DNA of 64,000 nucleotides from Candidatus Pacearchaeota archaeon CG_4_10_14_0_2_um_filter_35_33 (GTDB taxonomy: Archaea > Nanobdellota > Nanobdellia > Pacearchaeales > GW2011-AR1). The notes beneath the pieces are model-generated. The model was not told the DNA's origin. It was given only the letters and a program-made list of their open reading frames with translations, and ran no database searches. The position numbers and the translations under genes are program-made. Below are positions 34,761-44,013 of the stretch, piece after piece; positions within the stretch are counted from its first letter, which is position 1, and every line of letters begins with the position of its first letter. The DNA lies in contig PFOR01000015.1 in the NCBI GenBank assembly GCA_002792635.1, forward strand, positions 6,744 to 70,743, given 5' to 3'.

Positions 34761-35150
34761 TTCTCGGCGTGAGCCGACTATTTGTCCGAAGGACTAAAAA
34801 CCTCTCAGATTAAATGAAAAATTTGGGTGAGTGATAACGAACCTCTTAACCATTGTTAGAAAAAGTGCGAAGCATTTTGTTGTTTTTCTCGTCGGTCGGA
34901 TAAAAGAAGTTTTTTCCTTTATTTTTGAGGCGACAATCTGCTATTTAGGGGCGGTGGTCGGGGGTTTCAGAGTTCACTTTAATTGAAATGAATCGCGGTT
35001 ATGTCTGGGTGAGCGTAGCGAAAGTCTGCAAGACGGCACCGAGCACCACAACGAAGTGAGGAGCGGAGAGTTAAAATCACTTTTCAGGGCGGGCAATGTA
35101 TTAGAGAAGTTGTTGTGTATTTTTGTTTTCTTTTTCGGAAAAAAAGAGAT
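34761..35150. other. Non-coding, locally G+C-richer segment with stable hairpins, ending in a diverged partial third copy of the 202-bp repeat
   Basis: TCGGC-GTGA-GCCGA at 34764..34777 (GNRA loop) and GTCC-GAA-GGAC at 34784..34794. GGGCGGGCAATGTATTAGAGA (35087..35107) parallels GGGTGGGCTATGTATTAGAGA of the repeat. Only short spurious ORFs are present. Confidence 0.5.
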
Positions 35151-35197
35151 TTTCAAGAAACCGAAAGATTTTTATAGTTATACAAGTATGTATACCC

Positions 35198-35476
35198 ATG
35201 CCACAAGAAACATTAAGAAAAAACATTTTGCACTATCCACAATTAGATACTATTCTAATGGTTGAGGAATTTATTAGAGATAACTCTGGAGAATATAAGA
35301 AAAAATCTCTCTGGGAAGCTCTGCCTAGAAAGATGATTTATCAGACTTTTTGCGTGATATTTGACTACTTACTAGAATCTGGAAAAATAACACAAGACAA
35401 AGAGGGTTGGGTTGTTTGGATTTGGAATCCAGAATTAGTAAGAAAATATCTTTCTAAATCCTATTTATCAAGATGA
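35198..35476 (+). CDS. Small winged-helix-like protein; putative antitoxin/partner of the downstream RelE-like gene
   Basis: ATG 35198 lies ~25 nt after the TATA-like TTTTATAG. It has a 4-nt ATGA overlap with the toxin gene. The partner role is inferred from position only. Confidence 0.45.
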   Translation: MPQETLRKNILHYPQLDTILMVEEFIRDNSGEYKKKSLWEALPRKMIYQTFCVIFDYLLESGKITQDKEGWVVWIWNPELVRKYLSKSYLSR

Positions 35477-35802
35477 AATCGCAAATAAAATTTGCTGAAG
35501 AAAAATTGAAAGAAAGTTTTGAGAGACTTAAAGATTCAAAAACAGAAGATAAAAAACTTTACGAGTGGATAAATAGAGCATTAAATGATTTAGAAGAAAA
35601 CGCTTTTTGTGGAATAAGAATACAAAAAAGATTAATCCTGAAAGTTTACATTGAAAAATATATCATTGATAATTTATGGAAATATGACTTGCCCAAAGGT
35701 TGGAGATTGATTTATTCTGTTGCAAATGGGGAAGTTTGTGTTTTATCCATAATTCTTGAATGGATAGACCATAAAGATTATGAAAGAAGATTTGGGTATT
35801 AA
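35473..35802 (+). CDS. RelE/ParE-superfamily toxin
   Basis: ..LWKYDLPKGWRLIYSVANGEVCVLSIILEWIDHKDYERRFGY matches the RelE/ParE C-terminal core (..RiiY.v....v.il.i..H..Y). Confidence 0.7.
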   Translation: MKSQIKFAEEKLKESFERLKDSKTEDKKLYEWINRALNDLEENAFCGIRIQKRLILKVYIEKYIIDNLWKYDLPKGWRLIYSVANGEVCVLSIILEWIDHKDYERRFGY

Positions 35803-35804
35803 TC

Positions 35805-36065
35805 TTGTTCAAAGAAGATTTAAGACACGAGTTTATTTCCTCACAAAGTAGTCTGCAGACAATTTTGAAGAAAGCTGGAAGGAAAGCAGAGATTGAAAGG
35901 GTTCATCCACATATGTTAAGGCATAGCTTTGTCACTCATTTGATTGAAAATGGATATGCGGTGAATGACGTTCAGGTACTATTGGGGCATAAGAGCCCTG
36001 AAACTACAATGATTTCCCTGCATGCTTCTGGGAACATGATTAATGTTAGAAGCCCCTTGGATTAA
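35805..36065 (+). pseudogene. Tyrosine recombinase (XerC/D-like integrase) C-terminal remnant
   Basis: VHPHMLRHSFVTHLIENGYAVNDVQVLLGHKSPETTMISLHAS. No ATG and no N-terminal domain. The catalytic Tyr position reads Ser (canonical ..TT.IYTH). Confidence 0.75.
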
Positions 36066-36066
36066 C

Positions 36067-36086
36067 TTGTGAAACTAGTTTCACAA
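36067..36086. promoter_or_regulatory. Perfect 20-bp palindrome TTGTGAAACTAGTTTCACAA (operator candidate)
   Basis: The 18-bp core at 36068..36085 ends 35 nt before ATG 36121. TATA-like AATATATATTA lies between. Confidence 0.65.
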
Positions 36087-36120
36087 TAACCAATATATAT
36101 TAGAATTCATAAATAATAGC

Positions 36121-36606
36121 ATGAAAAAAGTAATCCTGGTTTTGATGTTTGTTCTCTTGATAGGGGGAGTAATGGCTCATGGGGAGGAAACTTTTGAGGA
36201 AGCAGAAGAAATAATCATACAGAAAATATCCTGTGATGAGCTGACAGAGAATCAGTTGGAGGTTTTGGGAGATTATTACATGGAGCAGATGCATCCTGGA
36301 GAGTTACATGAGATAATGGATGAAAAGATGGGGGGAGAAGGTTCTGAATCATTAAGACAGGCTCATATCAATATGGCTCTAGCGTTTTATTGCGGAGAGC
36401 ATGATGAGTTTTCTGGAAGTATGATGGACGTTATGATGGGAAGGACAGAAGATAATAGTTATGGAATGATGGGAGGCTATGGAATGTATGGATTTAATTG
36501 GTTTAGGATTATTATACAACTGGCAGTCACTACCCTGTTAGTCTTATTAATTATCTGGTTTATCAGGAAGCTAAATGAAAAACCAAAAAAGAGAAAGAGA
36601 AAATGA
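36121..36606 (+). CDS. Secreted/anchored Met/His-rich protein
   Basis: Signal peptide, HGEE.., MMDVMMGRTEDNSYGMMGGYGMYG, and a C-terminal helix. Confidence 0.6.
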   Translation: MKKVILVLMFVLLIGGVMAHGEETFEEAEEIIIQKISCDELTENQLEVLGDYYMEQMHPGELHEIMDEKMGGEGSESLRQAHINMALAFYCGEHDEFSGSMMDVMMGRTEDNSYGMMGGYGMYGFNWFRIIIQLAVTTLLVLLIIWFIRKLNEKPKKRKRK

Positions 36607-36986
36607 AAAAGAATCTTGTTTATTTGATATTAGGAGCAATTATTATTATGGCTGTTGGCGTAACCTTTGTTGATTTTGATAATCAGATTGTTTCTGTTAA
36701 TAGTGAGGAGTTTGCTAATCTAATAGATGCTGCATTTGTTTTACAAGTACATGAGCCGTATTATGGAGAGATAGAAGGGACTGATTTAGTTGTTGAAGAT
36801 TGGGATAATCTGGACTCTTATATAGATAAGCTTCCCAAGGATAAGAAGATTGCAATTTACTGCCGTTCGGGAAGAATGTCAGGAATTGTTGCAGAGCAGT
36901 TAGCAGAGAGGGGTTATGATGTATATGATTTAGAAGGGGGAATGAATGCCTGGCAGGAATCGGGCAAGGAGTTAATAGTAAGATGA
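36603..36986 (+). CDS. Membrane-anchored rhodanese-domain protein
   Basis: Active-site loop IAIYCRSGRMSG and ..LEGGMNAWQ. Confidence 0.85.
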   Translation: MKKNLVYLILGAIIIMAVGVTFVDFDNQIVSVNSEEFANLIDAAFVLQVHEPYYGEIEGTDLVVEDWDNLDSYIDKLPKDKKIAIYCRSGRMSGIVAEQLAERGYDVYDLEGGMNAWQESGKELIVR

Positions 36987-37360
36987 TTGGATTTTCTAAG
37001 AAAACGAATTTAGGATTTGAGGAGGCAGAGAAGAAAGTTAGGCAGGAGCTAGAGAAAGAGGGATTTGGTGTTCTTACAGAGATTGATGTTTCTGCTGTAT
37101 TAAAGAAGAAGCTGGATAAAGATTATGGTAAATACAAGATTCTTGGAGCTTGTAATCCTCCTTTTGCCTTTAAGGCTTTAGAAGCTGAAAAAGAGATTGG
37201 GCTTTTATTGCCTTGTAATGTTATTATTTATGAGAATAATGGTGTAAATGTCTCGGCTGTGAATCCAATGGAGGCTATGGAGATGATTGAAAATGAGGGA
37301 TTAAAAGGGATTGCAGAAGAAGTTTCAGAAAAACTGAAGATGGTGATTGAGAGGGTTTGA
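36983..37360 (+). CDS. DUF302-family protein
   Basis: [44 protein letters not shown]. Confidence 0.75.
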   Translation: MIGFSKKTNLGFEEAEKKVRQELEKEGFGVLTEIDVSAVLKKKLDKDYGKYKILGACNPPFAFKALEAEKEIGLLLPCNVIIYENNGVNVSAVNPMEAMEMIENEGLKGIAEEVSEKLKMVIERV

Positions 37361-37389
37361 TTTTTATAGTTTCGGATATTAATGATAAG

Positions 37390-39672
37390 ATGAAAAAAGC
37401 GATAATAGATATAGAAGGAATGCATTGTGCTTCATGTGCTGCCAACCTGGGAAAGAGTTTGAAAAAGGTTAAAGGAGTTAAAGATGCTAATGTTAATTTA
37501 GTTGTTAAGAAAGGATATTTGGAGTTATCAGGAAAAGTAAAGGAAGAGGATTTGAGGAAAGCAGTTTCTAAGGTTGGAAATTATAAGATTGCTAATATTG
37601 ATTATGAAAATTATGGTAAAGACGATAAAGAAAATAATTATCGCAATACTATGGGTGGTGGGGAGAGAGATGATAATCACAAGATGAATCATGATGGGCA
37701 CGATATGAGGGGCGGGATGAATCATGGTAAACACACAGGACATGAACATGGCAGTGTGGATGAAAAAGAAATAAAATCATGGAAGAGGAAGATGTGGATT
37801 GCATGGCCTATTACAATTGTGATAATGTTTGTCATGTTTTCTGAAAGGCTTTTTGGTCTAAGGCTGTTTGAGGAGAATATTATAGTTATTGTTTTGCTTA
37901 TATTGAGCTTTCCTGTTATTTTTATTCTTGGCTGGCAAACATTAAAGGGCGGTTTGAAAGGATATATTAGTTTCTATTTCAACATGGATTCACTAATCGG
38001 CTTGGGAACTGTTATTGCTTGGCTTACAGGAATACTGGCTTTATTTGGCATCACGCAGGACTTTTCTGGTATCTCAGCTATGATAATGACTTTCTTCATT
38101 ACTGGAAAGTATGTTGAAGTAAAGGCAAGAGGGCAGGCAGGGCAAGAAATTAAAAAATTGTTGGAATTGGGTGCTAAGAAGGCAAGAATTATTAGAAATG
38201 GAAAGGAAATAGGGATTGATATTTCAGAAGTTAAGGTGGGAGATATTATGATTGTTAAACCAGGAGAGAAAATCCCGACAGATGGAATTATTGTTAAAGG
38301 AGAAAGCAGTATTGATGAGAGCAGTGTTACTGGAGAATCAGTTCCTATTGATAAAGTTCTTGGAGACAAGGTTATAGGAGCAACTGTTAATCAGGATGGT
38401 ATTTTAGAAGTAAAGGCAGAGAAAATAGGAAGAGATACTTTTTTATCTAATGTGATTAAACTTGTTGAGAATGCTCAAGGAAGCAAGATTCCAATTCAGG
38501 CATTTTCTGATAAGATAACTAATGTGTTTGTTCCTGTGATTTTAGGATTGACAATATTAACCTTTGTAGGATGGTATTATTATACGGGAGATTTGAGTCG
38601 GGCTATTGGTGTTGCTATTTCTGTTTTAGTCATAGCTTGTCCTTGTGCTCTTGGTTTAGCAACCCCAACAGCGTTAATGGTTGGCTCTGGAATAGGAGCT
38701 AAAAGAGGGATATTAATCAGAAAGGGAGAGGCAATTCAGACTATGAAAGAGGTAAAAATAGTGATGTTTGATAAAACAGGAACAATTACAAAGGGGAAGC
38801 CTGAAGTTGTTGATATTTATTCACTAGTAAAAGAGAATTATCTGATGGAGGTTGTTGCATCCATAGAAAAGCAGAGCGAACATCCTATTTCTCATGCAAT
38901 TGTGGAAAAAGCCGGCTTGAAGAAGTATAAAGAGGTTTCAGGGTTTAAGATATTAAGAGGCAGAGGAGTTACAGGAGTTATTGGAAAGAAGAAGATTTTG
39001 ATAGGAAATAGGACTTTGATGGATGAGAACAAGGTTAAACTAGATAAACTTGAGAAGAAAGTTAAGGAATACGAATCTAAAGGGCAAACAACTATGATTG
39101 TTGCTGAAAATAAGGAGGCGATTGGTGTTATTTCGGTTGCGGATGATGTTAAGGAAGATTCCAAGGAAGCAATAAAGGAACTGCATGATTCGGGATATAA
39201 GACAGTTATGATTACAGGAGACAATGAAGCAACTGCTAGGGCCATTGCTAAGAAGGTTGGGATTGATGAAGTTATTGCTAACGTTCTTCCGGAAGATAAA
39301 GTTAGAAAAGTAGAAGAATTACAAGAAAAAGGAATGGTGGCATTTGTAGGAGATGGTGTTAATGATGCTCCTGCATTAAAACAGGCAAATGTCGGGATTG
39401 CTATGGGTACCGGGACGGATATTGCAATAGAGGCAGGAGATATTGTTCTTGTTAAGGGTTCCTTACAAGGAGTTGTGGGAGCTATCAATTTATCAAAAGC
39501 CACGTTCAAAAAAATAAAGCAGAATTTATTCTGGGCTTTTGGATATAATGTTATTGCAATACCAATCGCCGTAGCAGGATTTCTAAATCCTGCGATTGCT
39601 GAGATAGCGATGGCTCTTTCTAGTGTCACTGTTGTGGGGAATGCTAATTTGTTGAGGAAAAAGAAGATTTAG
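37390..39672 (+). CDS. copA: Copper-translocating P1B-type ATPase
   Basis: HMA domain GMHCASC, His-rich linker, CPC, DKTGTIT and GDGVNDAP. The listed ORF begins at a TTG (37357); the first ATG is at 37390. Confidence 0.95.
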   Translation: MKKAIIDIEGMHCASCAANLGKSLKKVKGVKDANVNLVVKKGYLELSGKVKEEDLRKAVSKVGNYKIANIDYENYGKDDKENNYRNTMGGGERDDNHKMNHDGHDMRGGMNHGKHTGHEHGSVDEKEIKSWKRKMWIAWPITIVIMFVMFSERLFGLRLFEENIIVIVLLILSFPVIFILGWQTLKGGLKGYISFYFNMDSLIGLGTVIAWLTGILALFGITQDFSGISAMIMTFFITGKYVEVKARGQAGQEIKKLLELGAKKARIIRNGKEIGIDISEVKVGDIMIVKPGEKIPTDGIIVKGESSIDESSVTGESVPIDKVLGDKVIGATVNQDGILEVKAEKIGRDTFLSNVIKLVENAQGSKIPIQAFSDKITNVFVPVILGLTILTFVGWYYYTGDLSRAIGVAISVLVIACPCALGLATPTALMVGSGIGAKRGILIRKGEAIQTMKEVKIVMFDKTGTITKGKPEVVDIYSLVKENYLMEVVASIEKQSEHPISHAIVEKAGLKKYKEVSGFKILRGRGVTGVIGKKKILIGNRTLMDENKVKLDKLEKKVKEYESKGQTTMIVAENKEAIGVISVADDVKEDSKEAIKELHDSGYKTVMITGDNEATARAIAKKVGIDEVIANVLPEDKVRKVEELQEKGMVAFVGDGVNDAPALKQANVGIAMGTGTDIAIEAGDIVLVKGSLQGVVGAINLSKATFKKIKQNLFWAFGYNVIAIPIAVAGFLNPAIAEIAMALSSVTVVGNANLLRKKKI

Positions 39673-39706
39673 TTAGATTTATAATATTTGATTTGTAAAT
39701 AAAGGT

Positions 39707-39808
39707 ATGAAGAAATCATTTCAGAAGATGTTGCCCTGGTTGATTGTTGCTTTAATTATAGGAGTATTAATTGGTTGGACGATTAAGAGTGGCGGATGCG
39801 GGGTTTAG
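39707..39808 (+). CDS. Candidate 33-aa single-helix peptide ending SGGCGV
   Basis: Hand-found: MKKSFQKMLPWLIVALIIGVLIGWTIKSGGCGV*. It lies 35 nt after copA. Confidence 0.35.
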   Translation: MKKSFQKMLPWLIVALIIGVLIGWTIKSGGCGV

Positions 39809-39841
39809 GAAAGTTATTATACTTGATTTCCCTTTCAGTTT

Positions 39842-40126
39842 ATGGATAAAAAGATTATTTTCCTGTTCGTTATTTTAGGGATTTTGGTTGTTGCGTTGGC
39901 TTTGTTCATTGGGTATTCTACGGAATCTGATAATGAAAGAGTTGATAATGGAAATGGATGTATTGAAATTGGATGTCCTAGTGCTGAATATGTTGGGAGC
40001 ATTAATTCTGATAAATATTATCCCTGTGATTGTAGATATGCTAAAACTGTAAAATTAGAAAATATTGTCTGTTTTGATTCAGACCAGGAAGCTGTTGACA
40101 AGGGTTATGAAAAGAGTGATTGCTAG
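39842..40126 (+). CDS. Small anchored Cys-rich protein
   Basis: Helix, then ..NGCIEIGCP..KYYPCDCRYAKTVKLENIVCFDSDQEAVDKGYEKSDC. Confidence 0.5.
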   Translation: MDKKIIFLFVILGILVVALALFIGYSTESDNERVDNGNGCIEIGCPSAEYVGSINSDKYYPCDCRYAKTVKLENIVCFDSDQEAVDKGYEKSDC

Positions 40127-40338
40127 AATCCGAGGATACCTAATCTATACAATGCTGAGCCAACCCATAAGATTAATAGAAGATACAAGATAGCCCACCC
40201 TTTTGAAGCAGAGAAATGTTTTACGAATCCTTTTCCTAGATTCTTTTTATACCATTTAGAGAAAAATAGAATTGTTATAGCCGCTACAATGCTGTCTATC
40301 AAAAATAAGTACCAGATTATTGATTCTATTGAAATCAT
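40123..40338 (-). CDS. Small two-helix membrane protein
   Basis: 71-aa ORF. Confidence 0.5.
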   Translation of the reverse strand: MISIESIIWYLFLIDSIVAAITILFFSKWYKKNLGKGFVKHFSASKGWAILYLLLILWVGSALYRLGILGF

Positions 40339-40499
40339 TTTTTCCTTGTTAGCTGTACCCGAGCCATTAAGATAAATCCTGCTCCTAGTCCTATAAACAT
40401 TCCTGCAACTAATTGGTCGTATAGGAACCCAAGGCCCATCCCTAAAATCAAACCACCAGGGATAAACAAGCCAGACGCATCACCCTGTTTCTTTTTCAT
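40335..40499 (-). CDS. Candidate 54-aa Gly-rich membrane peptide
   Basis: Hand-found: MKKKQGDASGLFIPGGLILGMGLGFLYDQLVAGMFIGLGAGFILMARVQLTRKK*. ATGA overlap with 40123..40338. Confidence 0.4.
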   Translation of the reverse strand: MKKKQGDASGLFIPGGLILGMGLGFLYDQLVAGMFIGLGAGFILMARVQLTRKK

Positions 40500-40530
40500 G
40501 TTGTAAGAAAGGGAATTTTGTATATAAAAG

Positions 40531-40550
40531 TTGTGGAACCAGTTTCACAA
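40531..40550. promoter_or_regulatory. Operator-like palindrome variant TTGTGGAACCAGTTTCACAA
   Basis: Two mismatches to the consensus. The core at 40532..40549 ends 35 nt before ATG 40585. TATA-like TTATTAAATAG lies between. It sits between divergent genes. Confidence 0.55.
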
Positions 40551-40584
40551 ACATTATTAAATAGTCTTTTTTATTAATGCTAGA

Positions 40585-41493
40585 ATGGTATTGTGTATAA
40601 TTGCTCTGCCTGTATTTGCAATTTTAGGATTATTTAGTGTGAAGTATAGGCAGCTTGCTAGTGAAAGTTTGGATTGTATGTTTAGGACAGTTACATTTAG
40701 GCGATGTCAATTGGGATTGGATGATAGGATAAAATCAGATTTGACAGGGAAATTGATGAAAAGATCTCCTGCTCTTGCTCGATTTTTCTATAATTATTAT
40801 AAATTGATTTCGTGGATTGTATTGGTATTATTTATCTGGAGTGCTTATGCTACGGGAGTAGGATTGTATAACTATTATTTATATGGGAATTGTAATGGTC
40901 CTGATTCTGATGGCTTTTGTTTATTAAACCCAACGGGAAGCAATAGTGGTACATCGAAGATTATTGGAAGTATCCATGGAGAAGTAATCTTACCAGTAGT
41001 TGAAGAGGATGATTATATTTTTGGGAATCCTGAGGCTGAATTAACAATAATAGAGTTTGGGTGTTATAGATGTCCCTATACTAAACAAGCAGAAAGTATT
41101 GTTGATGAAGTTTTGGAATATTATAATGGTAGGGTTAATTTACAATTTAAGAGTATTTTATTAGAGCATGAATTGAGTTATGAATCTGCTTTGGCTGCTA
41201 ATTGTGCTTTGGAACAAGGGAAATATGAGGAATATCATGATAGGTTATTTGAGGAGCAAGAGATGTTGAATTATCTGGATTTTGTTAGAATTGCTAATGA
41301 TATTGATTTGGATTCCGAACAATTCAATGAATGTCTTGAAAGCGAAAGATATGAGGACGAAATTAGAGCAGACCACCAGGCAGGGATTGATGCGGGCATT
41401 CAGGGAACACCGACATTCTTTATTGGGGATGAGGTTATAGTCGGACCAAAACCTTTCAAGACGTTTAAGACAGTGATTGATAGGCAGTTATGA
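40585..41493 (+). CDS. Fusion of a two-helix Cys-containing membrane domain and a DsbA-like thioredoxin domain
   Basis: N-terminal part has C31/C41 and CNGPDSDGFC. C-terminal part has IIEFGCYRCPYTKQ (CxxC) and ..GIQGTPTFFIG. Confidence 0.75.
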   Translation: MVLCIIALPVFAILGLFSVKYRQLASESLDCMFRTVTFRRCQLGLDDRIKSDLTGKLMKRSPALARFFYNYYKLISWIVLVLFIWSAYATGVGLYNYYLYGNCNGPDSDGFCLLNPTGSNSGTSKIIGSIHGEVILPVVEEDDYIFGNPEAELTIIEFGCYRCPYTKQAESIVDEVLEYYNGRVNLQFKSILLEHELSYESALAANCALEQGKYEEYHDRLFEEQEMLNYLDFVRIANDIDLDSEQFNECLESERYEDEIRADHQAGIDAGIQGTPTFFIGDEVIVGPKPFKTFKTVIDRQL

Positions 41494-42203
41494 TGAATAA
41501 AAATATGGAAGAAGTTAAAATGGGTTCTCCAAAAGGGGAGATTGTAGAGACGGTTCATTATTCAGAGGAAGAAGTTGACAGGCTTGCTGTTCTTTGTCCT
41601 GGGTTTTTAGATTCTAAGGATTATGCTCATCTGGTAGAATTGGCTAAAGTTTTAAGCCGAAATTGATATGATGTAATAAGATTTGACCCTATAGGAACAT
41701 GGGAAAATGAAGAGGAGATTGATGATTACACAACTACCCAATACCTGGAAGACATAAGAAGAGTTATTGATTTCATGAAAATCAAAAAGAATTACAGGAA
41801 AATTCTTATTGGTGGACATAGCAGAGGTGGACAAGTTGCGTTTTTATAGGCTACAAGGGATAAAAGAATTTCCATGGTTTTGGGGATTATGCCTTCGTCA
41901 AACCAAACTAAATCTGGAAAGATAATTGAAGAGTGGAAAGAAAAGGGGTTTAAGATGTCAACAAGAGATTTACCTAATGATAAAAATAAAAATAGAAAAT
42001 ATAGGGTAAAATTTTTCCATATTGAGGATTCACTTCAGTATGATGTTGTCGAGGATGCAAGAAAAATAGAGGTTCCTGTAATTTTTATAGCAAGAGAATT
42101 AGATACCACCTGCCTTCCAAAGTACGTGAAGGAAATATATGATAATGCCAACGAACCAAAGAAATTTATCCTAACGCCTGGGATTGGACATGATTATTGT
42201 TAG
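41490..42203 (+). pseudogene. Alpha/beta hydrolase with in-frame TGA (41664..41666) and TAG (41847..41849)
   Basis: A single frame reads MMNKNMEE..LAKVLSRN*YDVIRFDPIG..ILIGGHSRGGQVAFL*ATRDKRI..PGIGHDYC. GHSRG is a nucleophile elbow. The listed ORF 41874..42203 is its tail. Confidence 0.7.
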
Positions 42204-42296
42204 AATACAGATGAAATAAAAATAGTTAATGGAGAAATTTTGAAGGCAATTCATGAATTGATAAAATATTAAAAACCCCAATTTCTTTTAAATAGT

Positions 42297-43496
42297 ATGT
42301 TTGGATTCAATCCTGAAAAAGCAAGGAAAGATTTTCCTATTCTGGAAAACATGAAAGGGGTGTATTTTGATAATGCGTGCATGTCTCTTAGACCTAAGTC
42401 TGTAATAGAAAAGATGAATGAATATTATTTGCAATATCCTGGATGTGGGGGGAGGAGTGAACATAAGATTTCTAAGAGAGTTGGGGATGAAGTGGCTAAT
42501 GCTAGAAGAGAAGTAAAGAGGTTGATTAATGCTTTGAGTGATAAAGAAATTGTGTTTACAAAGAATGCTACGGAGGCAATTAATTTAGTTGCTAATGGAT
42601 TAAAATTGAAGAGGGGGGATGAAGTTATTATTTCTGATAAGGAGCATAATTCTAATTTACTTCCTTGGTTGAAGTTGAAAAAGAAAGGGATTAAAGTTAA
42701 AGTTTGTGAATCCAAGGCTGATAATACATTTAATCTGAAGGCTTTTGAGAAATGTTTTTCAAAAAATACAAAGATAGTTAGTGTTGTTCATATTTCTAAT
42801 TTGGATGGTGTTGAAAACCCTATTAAAGATATAATCCGGGTTGCGCATAGGAAAAATGTTCCTGTATTACTAGATGCTTGTCAAAGCGTACCTCATAAAA
42901 AGATTGATGTTAAATCATTGGATGTTGATTACATGGCTTTTTCGGGACATAAGATGTTAGCACCATCAGGAACGGGAGTTTTGTATGCTAAGAAAGAGTT
43001 ATTGGAGAACCTGGATTCTTTTATTGTTGGAGGAGGAACTGTTTATGATTCTACATATGAAGATTATAAACCAGAAGAGATTCCTCAGAGATTTGAAGCA
43101 GGATTGCAGGATTATTCTGGAATCATTGGTTTGGGGGTGGCCTGTAGGTATTTGAGAAAGATTGGAATGAAAAATATAGAGGGGTATGAAAGAAGATTGA
43201 ATAAAATTTTAACAGAGGAATTGAGGATGATTGTTAGTATTATTGGGCCGGAAGATGCCGAATTAAGGAATGGGATCTTTTCATTTAATGTGCCTGGAAT
43301 GAAACCATTAATTGCTGCTAAGATGTTGGATGGGGCTGGGTTCTATGTCAGAGGGGGAGCACATTGCGTTCATTCATGGTTTAACAAACATGAGATGGAG
43401 GGATGTGTTAGAGCTTCATTTTACTTTTATAATACTGAGGATGAAGCAAGGAGATTTGTTGAGGCCGTTAAGAAGATTGTGAAGATGGTTAAGTAA
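42297..43496 (+). CDS. Cysteine desulfurase (class V aminotransferase, SufS/NifS-like)
   Basis: PLP-Lys region SGHKMLAPSGTGVLY and active-site loop VRGGAHCVH. Confidence 0.9.
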   Translation: MFGFNPEKARKDFPILENMKGVYFDNACMSLRPKSVIEKMNEYYLQYPGCGGRSEHKISKRVGDEVANARREVKRLINALSDKEIVFTKNATEAINLVANGLKLKRGDEVIISDKEHNSNLLPWLKLKKKGIKVKVCESKADNTFNLKAFEKCFSKNTKIVSVVHISNLDGVENPIKDIIRVAHRKNVPVLLDACQSVPHKKIDVKSLDVDYMAFSGHKMLAPSGTGVLYAKKELLENLDSFIVGGGTVYDSTYEDYKPEEIPQRFEAGLQDYSGIIGLGVACRYLRKIGMKNIEGYERRLNKILTEELRMIVSIIGPEDAELRNGIFSFNVPGMKPLIAAKMLDGAGFYVRGGAHCVHSWFNKHEMEGCVRASFYFYNTEDEARRFVEAVKKIVKMVK

Positions 43497-43527
43497 GGTT
43501 TAAAAGATATAATTTCTTAGATAAATC

Positions 43528-43968
43528 ATGAATTGGACAACGTTGGCTGGATTCTCTGGGAAAGAAATTATTGCAGGTGGGATTTTAGGTGCTTTGATTG
43601 CCCTAGGAATTGTATTTGCAATTTTGGTGGTTGCTGCACTTTATATTTATGGTGCGTGGGCTTGGATGACTATTGCGAGGAAATTAAAACATAAATATCC
43701 TTGGCTTGCATGGATTCCAATTGCTAATCTTGCTATGATTCTTCAGTTAGGGGGATTTCATTGGGCTTGGATTTTCCTAATATTGTTTCCAATAGCTGGA
43801 TGGATTGCATTATTAGTCCTTGGAATAATTGCTACATGGAGGATTTTTGAGAAAAGAAATTACCCTGGTTGGTTTAGTCTTTCGATTATAATACCTGAAA
43901 TTGGATTTGTCTTGTATATGGTTGCGATAGGATTTGTTGCCTGGATGGACAGAAAGAAAAGGCTTTGA
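43528..43968 (+). CDS. Polytopic membrane protein, unknown function
   Basis: 146 aa with a W-rich segment, WAWMTIARKLKHKYPWLAWIPIANL. Confidence 0.55.
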   Translation: MNWTTLAGFSGKEIIAGGILGALIALGIVFAILVVAALYIYGAWAWMTIARKLKHKYPWLAWIPIANLAMILQLGGFHWAWIFLILFPIAGWIALLVLGIIATWRIFEKRNYPGWFSLSIIIPEIGFVLYMVAIGFVAWMDRKKRL

Positions 43969-44013
43969 TTTTACTTTCATAAATTTTATAAAATAGTATT
44001 TTTAGGGGTTGGT

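Noticed and set aside
34980-35060. AGCGAAAGUCUGC resembling RNase P RNA conserved region I
   Set aside because: I could not find the other universally conserved regions (the CR-II to CR-V equivalents) or a P4 pairing partner nearby. The region is kept only as an unassigned structured or relic segment, to be tested with Infernal.
38892-39629. Long antisense ORFs inside copA (245 aa), glyA (14543..15085), the thermosome gene (51872..52372), ppsA (63349..63657) and others
   Set aside because: They lie opposite strongly supported genes. They have low-complexity, Ser/Ile/Leu/Pro-rich composition typical of shadow frames, and no start context.
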